A DNA stretch of 62,442 nt, filler included, from Choristocarpus tenellus KU-1152 (lineage: Eukaryota; Protista; Phaeophyceae), in assembly GCA_964200185.2 (NCBI GenBank). It is 6 parts of 6 records of this genome, joined end to end, with 100 filler letters (N's around TTAATTAATTAA, not from the genome) between each part and the next. Parts side by side here need not be neighbours in the genome. Positions count along the whole stretch, not along the records: positions 1 to 2,612 come from CAXNAD020026274.1; positions 2,713 to 6,140 come from CAXNAD020020099.1; positions 6,241 to 19,030 come from CAXNAD020001704.1; 3 more parts are not named here. One strand, given 5' to 3'. The translations under genes and the position numbers were made by a program. Shown piece by piece: positions 1 to 12,690 of this stretch (within the stretch, counting starts at the first letter, position 1; every line of letters starts with the position of its first letter). The notes beneath the pieces are model-generated. The model was given only the letters and a program-made list of their open reading frames with translations. It did not search any database and had not been told where the DNA came from.

Positions 1-164
1 ACTCAAGAAACAATCCTCACACTCTACATCTGTTACAAATGTTCGTATTTCCTGAAACATAAGAAGAAAATGCTCGCGCTATTCGCGTGTAACAAACGCT
101 TGCACTTCGTTGGAATACAAGAAGAAACGCTCGCGCTATTCGCCTGTAACAGATAGTCTCTTTG

Positions 165-795
165 TGTTAAAACATAGGCTGCTCATTTGATTATTTTGAT
201 ACGATAAAGTGTATCGTCAGTCCATACTGGATGTTGACTTGTCAATTGTAATGATCGCTATTTTCACTTACCTCATTAGCTCCTCATCACAACATCATTA
301 GTCACCTTCAGAACACCACAGTACATAGGAAGCATAAGAACAGTCGCTTCCTATCACACATACAGGCATACTATGTGACACATCAGTTCCCTCAGATATT
401 GATTCCAGTTTGTCTTCTCGTTCTTTGTTTTTTCCCTTTCTTCTTCTTCACACAATGTGTTGTTAGTTGCATACTATGTGTTGATTACTGTTTTTCTTGA
501 CTGGCATTGCCCCTTCACAGTTCATCCTGCTAACTCTGCACTACGCGTACCTGATACACACCGGGATGTGGTACAGTCAGAGTGAAAACATCCTCAGAAA
601 TCCATCTCAGCCAAGGTGACAAGATTTCAGAGCATACATTTCTTCATTTCAGCGTCTCAATGAATACCCGCATTTCCAGATCAACCAACCTTTGATTGAA
701 CAAAACATGTTGTCAGATCCGCCAGAACAAACCTACTGGTGCTTTATTGCACTATGGCACCTTCACTAAACTTAGCCACAGCACAACCAAGCATG
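165..795. repeat. Dispersed ~630-bp repeat, copy 1 (inverted, diverged copy at ~10305-10935)
   Basis: gttaaaacataggctgctcatttgattattttgatacgat... and cacttacctcattagctcctcatcacaac are matched in reverse complement at 10810-10935; similarity continues to ...tagccacagca at ~780/10320. Confidence 0.8.
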
Positions 796-1866
796 ACACA
801 TAAAACCCAGATTTCAACAAGTTATGACCCTCTTGAGTGATTCTTGTTGTTTGAGGTCATCATTAGTGACTCCTTATTTGGTTCATGTTGTGAAGTTGTT
901 CCAACTCAAGCGTCCATCTTGAGGTGGATTTGTTACATTTCCTTTATGTTTGGACTTTTCCGTGCGAACCTCTTGTCCATGTAGCTGTGCTCACTGTCTT
1001 GAGGTTGCCTTGACCATCCATCTTGGCTCATCTTTCTCTTACTCACCTTGATCCTGTTCCTGCCTATCTCACCGCTGTCCCATCAACACAACCCAGTGGC
1101 TCTCATTGCCACCAACTTTTAGTCAATTATATTGGCAAGGACGGAAGGATCCTAATCGTTGGGTGTATCAAGTTCCCCATGGCAAGACATTGTTAGATGA
1201 AAGTATGTCTAAGAAAAGGAAGATGAGATTGGTCTGCGTACCTGTCACCCCAAACGAATCTCCAGGGGATAGGGTTCATTTCCTGAGGATCATCCTTGAG
1301 GGTGGGGAGGAAGAATACAAGGAGTCCGACCCACCACTGTATGCAGGGGAAAATTTCAGTCCGACTCCAGCGTAAGGAACCCCACCTAGGTCAGAGACTA
1401 CCCACACGGAAGTTGCTAAGCTGGGAGGAAGGGTGTTCTAGATTCAGTCTTCTCCAGCATTGTGATACTCATCATCATACAGTTCAACCCTCCTTCAGTC
1501 AGGCCGCCAATGGACCAATAGTGTTCGCCCTGGCCATGTCTGTGGTCAAGAGCTCCAGGACAGTAAGTTGGATGTCACCCACCCTACTGTGGTCAAAGCA
1601 ATGAAGACACTTCAGGAGCTGGATGGTCATCGTCACCAACAGGTTGTGGCAGGACTAACAGGTCTACCTTGTCTTTTGTTGTCCCTGCCCCCATTGCCCC
1701 CCATACCGCCTGTTCCCCTTTCCTAAACACCGATGATCTCCTATGCGGCAGCTTGCCAACCTAGAAAAATTTTATCATTGAGGATGCTGATGCCCCTTTT
1801 GTCAGTATAATAATAATAATAAGACGTGACCCTAACCAGAAATTCGTCAAGGATTCCAAATCTTCT

Positions 1867-2122
1867 GAGTGGAAGTATCTTAGAGGGTAGGGGTTTTTCC
1901 CTGTTTGTATCCATTTGGGGCTTGGCTTCCCCCGTTTTTTTAATGATATTTTCCTACTCCAAAATATTTCGGAGCGGATAAAATGTATACGTTGTGAAAA
2001 GGTGTGTCCGGAACATGGATATTGACACTTCCTAACAATCGTGATAGCCAAAATTACTTCAAAATCGCAACATTAGATGTTGGTCCCCAAATGGACGCGG
2101 CTCTACCCTCTAAGATACCTCG
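1867..2122 (+). mobile_element. MITE-like family A, copy 1
   Basis: TIR AAGTATCTTAGAGGGTAG...CTACCCTCTAAGATACCT; conserved core GGATATTGACACTTCCTAACAA shared with four other copies in the window. Confidence 0.8.
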
Positions 2123-2590
2123 AAGATACTTTTCTCTTCTTTCAGAAATGAGTTTCATCAACATCTTCAAGGGTTATGGACAACGCGGAACAGACTTATG
2201 GCATGGAGGTAGTATGTAGCATTGGACTTACATGTATCTGAAGTGCCCACCCTCCTCAAAACTGCCCACTCTCTATCCAGGGAAAATTGGAACAAGGGGT
2301 AGGCAGGTTGGGGTTAGGACAGGTAGGAGAGTAAGACCTACGTTGGTTACCATAAGTGAGGACTGTCTGAACTCCAGTTGGGTTCCATCAAGTTGATGGG
2401 GGGGCCAGGAGTTGCACGTATCCAGGCGTATCCAGGCTGCAGGGCCAGGTATGAGACGTTCTTTGCCACCAAGTGACTGAAAGAATGACTACATCCAATG
2501 CTGATAGACGACCTATTAGGAAGGTAAAAGCAGGTAGGCCGTCGAATACCTTGTATGAGGTGATTGAAGCCTTGGTTACCAAGAGCATCT

Positions 2591-2738
2591 GGCTCAAAGT
2601 ATCTGGGAGGGGNNNNNNNNNNNNNNNNNNNNNNNNNNNNNNNNNNNNNNNNNNNNTTAATTAATTAANNNNNNNNNNNNNNNNNNNNNNNNNNNNNNNN
2701 NNNNNNNNNNNNCCCCCCCCCCCCAGATACTTCGACCC
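2591..2738. mobile_element. MITE-like family B ends flanking an assembly gap
   Basis: GGCTCAAAGTATCTGGG before the gap and CCCCAGATACTTCG after it. Confidence 0.55.
2613..2711. other. Assembly gap with artificial TTAATTAATTAA spacer (same at 6141-6240, 19031-19130, 23575-23674, 53136-53235; 10-N gap at 26910-26919)
   Basis: Identical N-run/12-mer/N-run layout; the 12-mer places stops in all six frames. Confidence 0.97.
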
Positions 2739-2757
2739 CGGTGTATCAAGATATCAA

Positions 2758-2846
2758 TGTATCGTATCAATTTCAACTTGTATCGTATCAATTTCAACTT
2801 GTATCGTATCAATTTCAACTTGTATTGTATCAATTCAACCTGTATT
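2758..2846. repeat. 21-bp tandem repeat (TGTATCGTATCAATTTCAACT, ~4 copies)
   Basis: Directly visible tandem units. Confidence 0.9.
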
Positions 2847-3080
2847 CCCTTTGTTCCTTCACCCACAAGCGACCCCCTCGAAAGTGAACCCACAGACCTT
2901 ATCACTGGGCAGAGAGTAGTTTGAGTCATCTAGGTCTGGTCATAGACACGACGTATCACTACCACCGCTACTTCCTTTCTAATACAAGGAAACAGATCCT
3001 CAGAGCAAACCTCTCCGGTGTGTGTGCTCTACAACCAAGGGGACAAAGCCTGAAACCTCACGATATTTGTGTGTACACAG

Positions 3081-3215
3081 GGCGACTATGTGCCTGCAGG
3101 ATTCCTCTTTCGAAGGGCTCTCGGCTGCCTTAAGGAAGGATTTGGAAAGAGCCACCCGATGTACGCGGAAGTCCTTCTGAGCTTGGCACGGGTTAACAGT
3201 GTGTGTTCTACTAAG
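3081..3215 (+). CDS. Exon encoding one kinesin-light-chain-type TPR repeat; fragment of a multi-exon gene (possible further exons ~3693-3741, 4232-4288, 5446-5517, 5776-5811)
   Basis: After cag acceptor: GDYVPAGFLFRRALGCLKEGFGKSHPMYAEVLLSLARV, matching the GxYxxAxxLxxRALxxxxxxxGxxHPxxAxxLxxLA TPR consensus; donor either GTGTGT (~3201) or GCAAGT (3216). Confidence 0.6.
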
Positions 3216-3438
3216 GCAAGTGGAGTTGGGACCTAGAACTTCTTCAATGGGAGAGGAAATAAGTTTTGTTGGGGTGGTTAGAGTTCGCTCCTGTCCGTGA
3301 CGATTCATATATCTCATGCGGATGCTGTTGGAGGGACAGTCTGAAGGCCTTGGAATTATTTTCGTGTTGTGCCATGGTGTTTGCTTGGCCCTTTTTGTCG
3401 GTAGAACAGGATTATCGATGCCAATCTAAAGTTAACCG

Positions 3439-3507
<69 letters not shown>

Positions 3508-4627
3508 GGTGAGGTTTTGTTTGTTGCCTTGCCACAATTGAAATTGAAGAAACCAATCAAACACAATTCTGGACCAAGGCGGTATGGTATGGGGGAATCC
3601 CTTTCAGAACCGTAGTGCTATCGCAAGTGATATTCTTGTGTGCAGCTTTCATTTTTGTTTTTTGGAACAAAAATCGAAAAATTGAATCTCAGCATGAATG
3701 CTGATGAGAGGCAGGATGAGGGGTGCGTTCCCAGCAAGAAAGTGATAAATGCCTGTTCAGTGATGATAGCAAGTGCAAGCCCCCTCATAATTTCCCTTAT
3801 TGTATTATATAGTTCTCACCATACTCCCTCACTTTGAAAACCAATCAGGAAGTACGGATAGGGTAGCCCCTTAGACCTCTAGTGGATTGCACCCCTGCTG
3901 TGTAAACATTCAGCGATGGTTTGGTTTTGAGATTTTGGGGCAGCATGATAGGCTCTACAATTGGATATTACTTTCACTTCTATCTGTTGGACTTGATGTA
4001 TCCTTCACTGCATTTCAGAGTGACCCCAAATACATGGTACTGGGTGTCCTGTGTACACACATTCTGTAGGAATTTCATACTTCAAGGTGTGCTGTACTTA
4101 ACATGAGAACTATAGCAACCCAGGCACTCACAACAATGGGGAGGAAAAAGTAAGCTCACTTCTAGACAAGATATGAATGTATTGTTGCATTAATCTTGTC
4201 CCTATTGTCAATACTCTCCCCTCTTTTCAAGGAACAACAGCAACAACCGGCTACGGAGCAGCATGGGAACGGCAAGGGTCCATCCCAGGTTAGTCTACAA
4301 TATTGTTTTGTGGGGGATCTGTGGACTCCTTCCACAAGAGGCCTGTATATGAGTCGATCTGCTCCATGCCACGCTAGATTGATGACTGTAACACGAATCT
4401 ATATTGATAGTACAGCGTTAGTATATAGTTGCCGCTCTAGAAGTGAACCTATGCGGATAGTTGTAAACTGTGGTCAGACATCATCCCGCGGCCCTTAGTC
4501 AGGAATGGTTCAACAAGAACACTTTGGAATCTATGTGCGAACTGATGCGGTGTTTGACAGTTACACACACTGCCGACCAACCAGCAACACGGTCAGTCTC
4601 AACTACACACTACGAAAAAAAAAATGG

Positions 4628-4963
4628 GTTCATCCTAACCCTAACCCTAACCCTAACCCTACGTGTTCATGTGCGTGTACATGAAGATTACGAGTGTAAA
4701 TATCCCTGCTAACCCTAACCCTAAGAGTGTGAGCGTAAATATCCCTGCTAACCCTAACCCTAAGAGTACGAGCGTAAATATCCCTGCTAACCCTAACCCT
4801 AAGAGTACGGGCGTAAATATCCCTGCTCCGCTTTGCATCTCTTGGGTTGGGTAAAGACCAAAACAAGCCGTGCTGAGGTTTACAACACAATATGGTTTCA
4901 TTGAATGGTGTAGGGAAAGCTGCACGGCGATTTCATAGAGTTAGGGTTAGGGTTAGGGTGAAC
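4628..4963. repeat. Element bounded by inverted telomeric repeats with internal 39-bp minisatellite
   Basis: GTTCATCCTAACCCTAACCCTAAC at left, GTTAGGGTTAGGGTTAGGGTGAAC at right; unit TACGAGCGTAAATATCCCTGCTAACCCTAACCCTAAGAG x~3.5 at 4689-4827. Confidence 0.8.
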
Positions 4964-5174
4964 TGCTTGCTCTATGCGGGGGGGCTTTCCTCATGATCTA
5001 CATCGTGTTGATTTCCGTAAGGTGTCCTCTACTGTCATCATTTTCCCATCCCCTAACCCTTGAACGCTAATTTCTAGTGTAAAGCATGTTTGCTTGGACT
5101 GGACAATAGTGAAAAGCTGTATATGTTGCTGAAATTTGGATAGGTGCCGCAATACGCAACAAATGAAACCGTCA

Positions 5175-5209
<35 letters not shown>

Positions 5210-6032
5210 ATATGACTTTCTTTTTCGACAATTCATAGTAGCGCATGTTGTAGGCTCTATCTGCTGGGGAAAAGCGTAGTTTGTACTTTGGCGACAACGT
5301 AACTCGCAATGTCTTGGGCGGAGAGAACACTGTTACGAGAACTCTGAATCATCCATGTCTTGGTGTTGAAGATTAGCAAGCTGTGTGCAACCATCTCTAT
5401 TCTCCAAAATGGGCGTGCATCTCCAATTGTTTCCGCTGGACACAGGCATCATCGTTGTTGGAAGAGAAGTCAGAGGAATCAATGAAAAAGGCGCTGGAAC
5501 CGAAATACCTTGCTGAGGTGAACAGGGGATCAGTAGGAAGGTTGGGATGGGGGCAGGGGTTCCGTGATTGGGGCGTAATGGACAAGGTTGGAGAGTACCA
5601 AAGTTTGATGAGGCATTTCATGGACAATATCACCATCCTTACAAGTTGGCAGCCTTGTGGATAAGACCAGGGGCCAAGCTTGTTCAACAGGGGCTGCTTA
5701 ATAGTCGCAGGGTATGGCCTTGCTTTGACTCTTTTAGACAGAAAGAATGAAATGGAATGTATTATGTATTGCAGGTTGGCGCACTTAGTGGAACTGGCTC
5801 TTTCGTCCTCGGTAAGTCACAGTGGCTGGGTAGCAATTTTGGGCAAGACAACTCAGTAGATGATAGTGTATTTTTCTGACTGTGTGTTCTTGATACAAAC
5901 TTGGTGAGCTAGTAACTAGCTAGAGTGTATCATACTAGTTCTTCCACTGACTGTTAGCGATCATTCGAATATATGATATTTGCTGAAAAACATAATGTAT
6001 TCGCCTTTTTGGTGCTGTTTTTTTTTTTCGTT

Positions 6033-6065
<33 letters not shown>

Positions 6066-6251
6066 GGGGGTTTCGTGTATTTTGTTTTGGTGTTTGCGGG
6101 TGTTCGTTGCCCCCACGTTTTTATATACTATTATTTATTTNNNNNNNNNNNNNNNNNNNNNNNNNNNNNNNNNNNNNNNNNNNNTTAATTAATTAANNNN
6201 NNNNNNNNNNNNNNNNNNNNNNNNNNNNNNNNNNNNNNNNGAGAGAAAGGG

Positions 6252-6429
6252 GTAAGATTTGGGGGGGGGGGGGGGGGGGCTCTACACCAGGGTGTCCATT
6301 TGGACCAAAATCAGGGCAAGTGCATTTAAATTATCCATCCAACGTTTGCAACCAAATCACACAAAAATCGCGACACGAAAAAATTGACCCCAAATTGACA
6401 GCTGCCAACCCCCCCCAGATACTTTGAGT
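6252..6429 (-). mobile_element. MITE-like family B copy
   Basis: G-run, GTCCATTTGG core, ...CCCCAAATTGACAGCTGCC, end CCCCAGATACTTTGAG. Confidence 0.7.
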
Positions 6430-6588
6430 GAGAAGAGGTAACTAACCTCTCGAGTTGTACACCCAATCACTGCTGTAGTTCTTATCGTTGGAAGTTGTTG
6501 ACAGTGTTGTTATGGGGTGCGTGAGGTGTATATATTGCAGGTAGACATTTTGTACAATGTGGTAGTGTACTTGAGTTTATTGTGAGGT

Positions 6589-6846
6589 GAGTCGAAGCAT
6601 TTAAGAGGGTAGGTGTTTTGCCCTGTTTGTCCGCTTGTGGCCAGGCTTCCCACGGTCCTTTTATGCCCTTTTTCAGTTTTCTGTGTGAGCAGAGTTACCT
6701 AAAATGTAGACGACTATAAAGGTTATGTCCGGAGCAAGGATATTGACACTTGCTAACAAACACGATAGCCAAAATTCATCAAAATTGCAACATTGGATTT
6801 ATGATCCTAAACGGATGTGACCCCACCCTCTTAAATGCTTTGGGTT
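6589..6846 (+). mobile_element. MITE-like family A, copy 2 (variant TIR)
   Basis: Perfect TIR AAGCATTTAAGAGGGT...ACCCTCTTAAATGCTT; core GGAGCAAGGATATTGACACTTGCTAACAAACACGATAGCCAAAATT. Confidence 0.8.
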
Positions 6847-9800
6847 GGTTCTCTATCTGTACAGGCGTTGCATGGTGGTAGTGGTTATTTCCTCGTGTAT
6901 GTTCTGTAGAACATTTCTTTTTATTGTTTAGATCGATGAACTTGACAATAGTATAGGGAATACAACTTTGAACAGGACTAGTTGCACGTCTGTCGGAAGG
7001 CGAGTGAGTAGTACGGAGCTGGTATATACACCTCAGGAGTGTTGCTTATCAGATGTCTCTTTGACATGTTGGGTGGATTCGTGATGGACTCCAGAGCTCA
7101 AGTCTTAGGTGTATCATCTGCAAACGCCTCCGAATATTCCTGTTTTGCTTTTGTGTATGCACGTACAATGTTAGGCTCTTCGATTTTGTTCGCTCTGGAC
7201 GGGACCCTCGCCAGTCATGAAGACTGTTTTGCTTTCTGACTGTGGTGCATGTCATCCAGTTGCCACGACCAAGATATTCAATTCCTATGAATACGCTGTA
7301 ATCAATATTTGAACTGTTTACTATTTGAAGTTTCAAATCCGCTTGGTTCGCAACTCTTGAATTTTGTTGGTTGATCTATATTTTAAGAAATTCATTTCTT
7401 TGATTGTAATAATTGTGGGAAAGTGTGATAAATGTCGTGGATTTTAGTAAGAGGAGAGTAGTAACATTAGATCATATTTAGTAGTAATCCTTTTTGATGA
7501 TTTTTCATTTCTTATTTCTAGCTTCTTTACATTTGTTTGTGGTACGTATCACTAGCAAACAGAGTGAGTAGGAAAGTGGGTGATTTGAATATGGACACCG
7601 AAGAATGGGGCAATTTGAGACGGCATTAAGAAAAGCAGGATGGTTTGCATTTTGTGATGAATATTTTTCTCATGGTAACACCTATTGTAAACTACTGAGT
7701 TAAACCTACCACTACTGGTGTGTACATGGTAGACATGTGAGCCGACCGTATCTCTCAAGAACTGTCATCATGAAACCGATCATTTAGTTTGTACTTGATT
7801 GAAAAATGCAGTGGATGGACTTTATTATGTGAAGAAGTGCTCTCTTATGTTAGAGGGGGATGTCTCGTTGAGTAGTTGTGGTTGTCCTTGTGACTCCCTA
7901 GATACTTTTGAGCCCGAACTGTTGTGCTTCTCGTATATACATGTGTGTATTTGTCAAATATATCTGTTTGTGCTGGGCTTGTTGTACGTACCCACCATCT
8001 CTATGCTGTGTATCCACAACATCAATAGCTGTGTACCAACTAGAGTTCCGTATATGAACAATGCAAACTTCACGTACATGATGAGCAGGTAACCTCCTCG
8101 CTGGTTGTCAACTTCTTCTACAGGTGATACCAACACTATCATAAAAAGCACCTTCACATGAATGGAACGCATCAAAAACATACTACAAGCGAGTGTAACA
8201 TGTTCTTCACAATGCCCATTTAACAAACACAAACAAGCACCTGCGCATTTCTTCTTGCATATCAACACAAACACACATACTCTAAATATGTACCTACACA
8301 ATACCATAGATCATACAGTAAACCACCAATTAAAAGTGAGTAAACTCCCATGATATATCACAAGCAAGAGAAAACCCCACCATGACAATGAGACCCACGA
8401 GGGACATCTTACACCACGACCATGTCCCACCTAGTACTTGCAGTATGATTTCCTAAAGTCTACGAGTCAACAAGGTTACACGAGGTGAAGTAGTCGCAGG
8501 CATGTTTATCTAACTACCCAAGCCCTTTGAACCAACGAGGAAGTACAGAAAATACAAAACAAAGGAAAAAGGAGTGTGTACATTAAATATCCACCATTTC
8601 TAAAGCCGTCCACACACCCTCCAAGTAAACCGCTCACCGCAAAACATCATCAAGGGGTTGGATGATATTGCGACGACTTTATGTTGACTGGGCTTGTAGA
8701 ACTCATCAAACAGGTACACATACCCTTCAGTATAGTGGTCCAACGCCTGGACACACACTCAACACAATCAATTGTCACACAGCATCAGCACATACACAAA
8801 GGTCAAAGTCTTTAGGTCGCCTTTGCGAGGGCCTGTCATAGTGAGGGCTTCAGGTAGTGGGAGTGGTCCTGACTGAAGGCAATCCAATTGCTTCTGTTAG
8901 CCTGTGACCAGACTATGCCATGGAGTACCTAGTATGTATTGAAGAATATCACAACTTGCTACAAACCTAACACAAATTTTACAGTGATACAATTTCCCTT
9001 TTCAAGTTTCACGTCTTTCAGCATTGACTACTACACATATTCCTAACCTTACCTATTATGAAATTGTCACAATCATCACCAATGCCCTTCACAACCTTGA
9101 GCCATTTACACAACAGTGATCGTAGGCTAATGAGGCTGTTACCTGCACGAATTATGAAGCTCAAACCCAATCGTTGCCACACTTCATTTCAATGGAAATA
9201 TGGTTTTGATTACTCGAAGTCCCCACAGCAATCACTTCACATCGTGTACCAATGCTACTATTATCTTACATTATCTGCTGCTATACCATAAATACACCGG
9301 ACGAAGACCAAGGTGGTAAGGTATAGTTGCCAAGCAAGCGGAGGCCGTTCCAGCACAAGACTTGAAGGAGTACAACCAGGAACAGATCAGGAGTAAACAC
9401 ATAATTTGAGAAGTAGTATAACAGTATGTAGTAACTTATGACAACAGGTCGGGGAGTCCTCAGAGCAGAGTGAAAACAGTAATCATAGACAGGAATAAAT
9501 TAGGGTTCTACTTTGGATGGATTGCATGACCAACCCAGGAAATACCAATGATTTCTGAAGGCTAGAAACTGCCGGGGTTGGCAGGACGGTATGATGCTGA
9601 TCAATCATTGAAGGGATAATATATATACATATATCTGAAATGATGCAACGATTTCATGCACACAGTGCAGTATCAGCAGTTACAATGTATCAGCATATAA
9701 TAATACATCAATACTCAAACTTTAGATACACAATTAGTACACCATATAACATCAAAGACAACAATACATATACAACCACGGAGTGCTCACTCATCACACA

Positions 9801-10169
9801 TGGTCAATATCTATATATCGTCTTGATTTTCATCTTAGAACGACCCAACGGCCACACCTCTGCACCCATACTAGCCCTGTTGCACACCCCCTCTCCTCTC
9901 TTCCCACACCCTCCACCTGCTTAGTTGGAGGCAGGCTTTCGAGCAGGTTCTTATTGATCTCAATGAACTCGGAGCAGGTGTCCACAGCATATCTTAGAGG
10001 GGGTCGATTTAGACCCTTCTGTTTTCTTAACCTCGTGCATGACACTCTACTCCCATCCCTAAAATGCAGCTAACCCTACCCTTCTAAATAGTAAAATCAC
10101 CCTTCACAGTGGTAGAAGAATATATACCAGAAGGGGGGGGGAGGGGTCGACACTCTTTAAACATGAGTT

Positions 10170-10935
10170 CGTATGTGTTGTGCATTATTGTTCTGTGTCT
10201 AGTTTGTGACGAAGGGTATGATAGTGCAACAAAGTACCGTTGAATTCTTCGGGTAGGATTGATGACAATTTTTACTCAATCAGACAATGGTTGATGTGAA
10301 AGTGTGTTTAGTTATGCTGTGGCTAGGATGTTTAGAGAACGGTGTGTGTCATGATGCAACAAAACACCTGTGAATAGTTCATTCTGGTGCGTCTGACGGC
10401 ATGTTTTATTTTATCAGGCTACGGTTGATGTGAAATGTATGGTCGTTCATTGAGATGACCAAATGAAGAAATACATGGTCTGTGAAGAGGCTTGTCGCCT
10501 TAGCTGAGAAGGGCTTAGAAGGGTGTTTTTAACTCTCTGGTTATATTGCATCCCCGTGCGTGTTTGGTACACCTATTGCGCAGTGAGCATGATGAATGAT
10601 GAGGGGGCAATGCCAGTGAAGAAAAATAGAAATCAACACATGATATGCAACTCACAACTTCTCGTGTGAAGAAGAAGAAAGGGAAAAATAAAGAAGAAAT
10701 ATCTGAGGGAACCGATGCGATACATGTTATGACTGTGTGTGTGATAGGAAACGACTGTTCTTTGTGCTTACTTTGTACTGTGGTGGTGTTTTGAAGGCGA
10801 TTGATGGTGTTGTGATGAGTAGCTAATGAGGTAAGTGAGAATAACAACCATTACATTTGACAAATCAACCTTCAGTAAAGACTGACGATACTGTATCGTA
10901 TCAAAACAAATCTAATGAGTAGCCTATGTCCTAAC
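10170..10935. repeat. Dispersed repeat, copy 2 (inverted relative to 165-795) with internal ~135-bp duplication
   Basis: Reverse-complement similarity to 165-795; GGTTGATGTGAAA...TGCAACAAA motifs occur twice (10170-10300, 10300-10435). Confidence 0.75.
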
Positions 10936-10979
10936 GAACATTAGGGCGTCTTTTCGGGCCCTGACGAGGAGAAGCGACC

Positions 10980-11087
10980 CTGCATTATCCATCCGACGCA
11001 TGCAACCAAATCAAACAGACATCGCGACGTGGAAAAATGAGCCCTAAATGGACAGCTGGCACCCCCCCCTCCCCGATACCTTGAGCC
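10980..11087 (-). mobile_element. MITE-like family B, partial copy
   Basis: ATTATCCATCC..GCAACCAAATCA..ATCGCGAC..AAATGGACAGCTG..CCCCGATACCTTGAG aligns to 6330-6429. Confidence 0.7.
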
Positions 11088-11960
11088 TTGAGATAGAGAA
11101 TTGAGTATCTATTCTTGTCCACAGATATTGTTGTATGTGCATGCATGTGCCCACATTGTATTTTGCAGGGACAGGTGTGTTGTAAGGGGTTTTCTTCTCT
11201 TGCAACAATAGATGATTTTTTGCAGGATTTCGCAGGATGATGAGCCGTACGTACCCAGTAACATCAACCCTAATCCCAAGTACTTCTGCGTAACACGGTG
11301 TTTGCTGTGATTCAATATACATACTTCAAATGCAGTTTATGGATGGTGTAAGGGGGGACGACGTCATGGTATATATATATCTACATGGTTGGTCGTCTTC
11401 CTCCTCTCTAATACGTACATGTGATGTGTGGAATCCGGCGACCTGACTATGACAAGATAGTTTCATGTGTGTGTCATCAGATACATTTGAACCCCCGCCA
11501 AGGTATTTGAAATCCTTCCAGTATTAGGATGCCTTTCGTGTGTGCAGTTAGCGTGTGCATTGTAGTATCCGCAAGTCGTTAGTTGATAACGCACTATGTA
11601 CAAGCAAAACCCTCCACATCACAATATCTCCAAAATATCAGATGGGAGACTCAGGGACATGCTCGGACCCTCTACGTTGAGTTCGCAGAATCTCAATAGA
11701 CAACAACATTTTTTTGTTACTTTTGAGATCTCTCTTTCGACCTGCTGGTTATCACAGCTCACAAAACAGGCGAAAGATGGTGGTGGTCATTGTTAGGGGG
11801 AGGGTAACAACGGCAACCAATTACTACTCAAATACGCAAACATACGTTGGTCATGTTTACTGTACTGTATTACTCAGGTATAGTGCATTGTCATCTCCAT
11901 ACATTCCTACCTACATACATATGGTACTGTGGGAGATATATTTTTGATTTTGCTGCAAGT

Positions 11961-12200
11961 GAGTGAAAGTATCTTAGAGGGTACGAGTTTTGCTCTGTTT
12001 GTTCGTTTGGGGCTTGGCTTCCCACCGACGTTTTTGTGACATTTTACTACTCTGAAATGTTTCGGAGCAGGTAAAATGTATACCTGGAAGAAGGATATTG
12101 ATACTTCCTAACAAACACGATAGTCAAAATTTCATCAAAATAGCAACATTGGATTTTGGCCCCCAAATGCACATGGCTCTATCCTCTAAGTTACTTTGAC
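11961..12200 (+). mobile_element. MITE-like family A, copy 3
   Basis: GAGTGAAAGTATCTTAGAGGGTA...ATCCTCTAAGTTACTTTG with shared core. Confidence 0.8.
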
Positions 12201-12690
12201 TAAGGTGCCAACACGAATAAAACATGAACGACCAATGCAATCAACTGGAATGGATGCTGTGTATATAAAATATCTCATAATCAGGACTAAGCGTAGACCA
12301 AACCCTAGCTCTAGCCGTATCCCCAGCCATAGTCATAGCCATAGCTCCATGAGAATCCATCGCCGTTCTCTCCTGACTTCTGTACAAGGGGGCATCATGA
12401 GAGGCTCACTATCTGCCTCCTAGTCTCCACGACTGTAAGCTACAACTACGAAATTGCGAAACAATGAGGCAGATCATTGTCAAAGTGCATCTCAGTCCTT
12501 TTGCTAATCAATAGGTCCATACATCTCCAGGTCCCATCCAATGCAGCCGGGAGATAAAACATCCTCAAAACCCTTCCACAGGAGACCATTCTTGCTGGGC
12601 GTTAGGTAGGACGTTGGCCTTAGGTCGAATACCATGATCTGTTTGGTCTGGGAGGTTAAGAAGTTTTTCAATAGCTTTGATCTGCCACTC

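Noticed and set aside
213-292. GTGATGA...CTGA pair in both copies of the 630-bp repeat
   Set aside because: No rRNA antisense element recognised; conservation is no greater than the surrounding repeat
900-1760. Possible decayed gene or retroelement ORFs (also 7000-7500, 8100-9200, 17000-18250, 50500-51800, 58900-62000)
   Set aside because: No recognisable RT, integrase, transposase or other motifs by eye
2657-2668. Recurrent palindromic TTAATTAATTAA
   Set aside because: Always centred in N-runs; assembly spacer
3442-3503. Poly-Phe/poly-Lys ORFs
   Set aside because: Poly-T tract, not coding
4689-4827. CRISPR-like periodic repeat
   Set aside because: No unique spacers; plain 39-bp tandem minisatellite in a eukaryote
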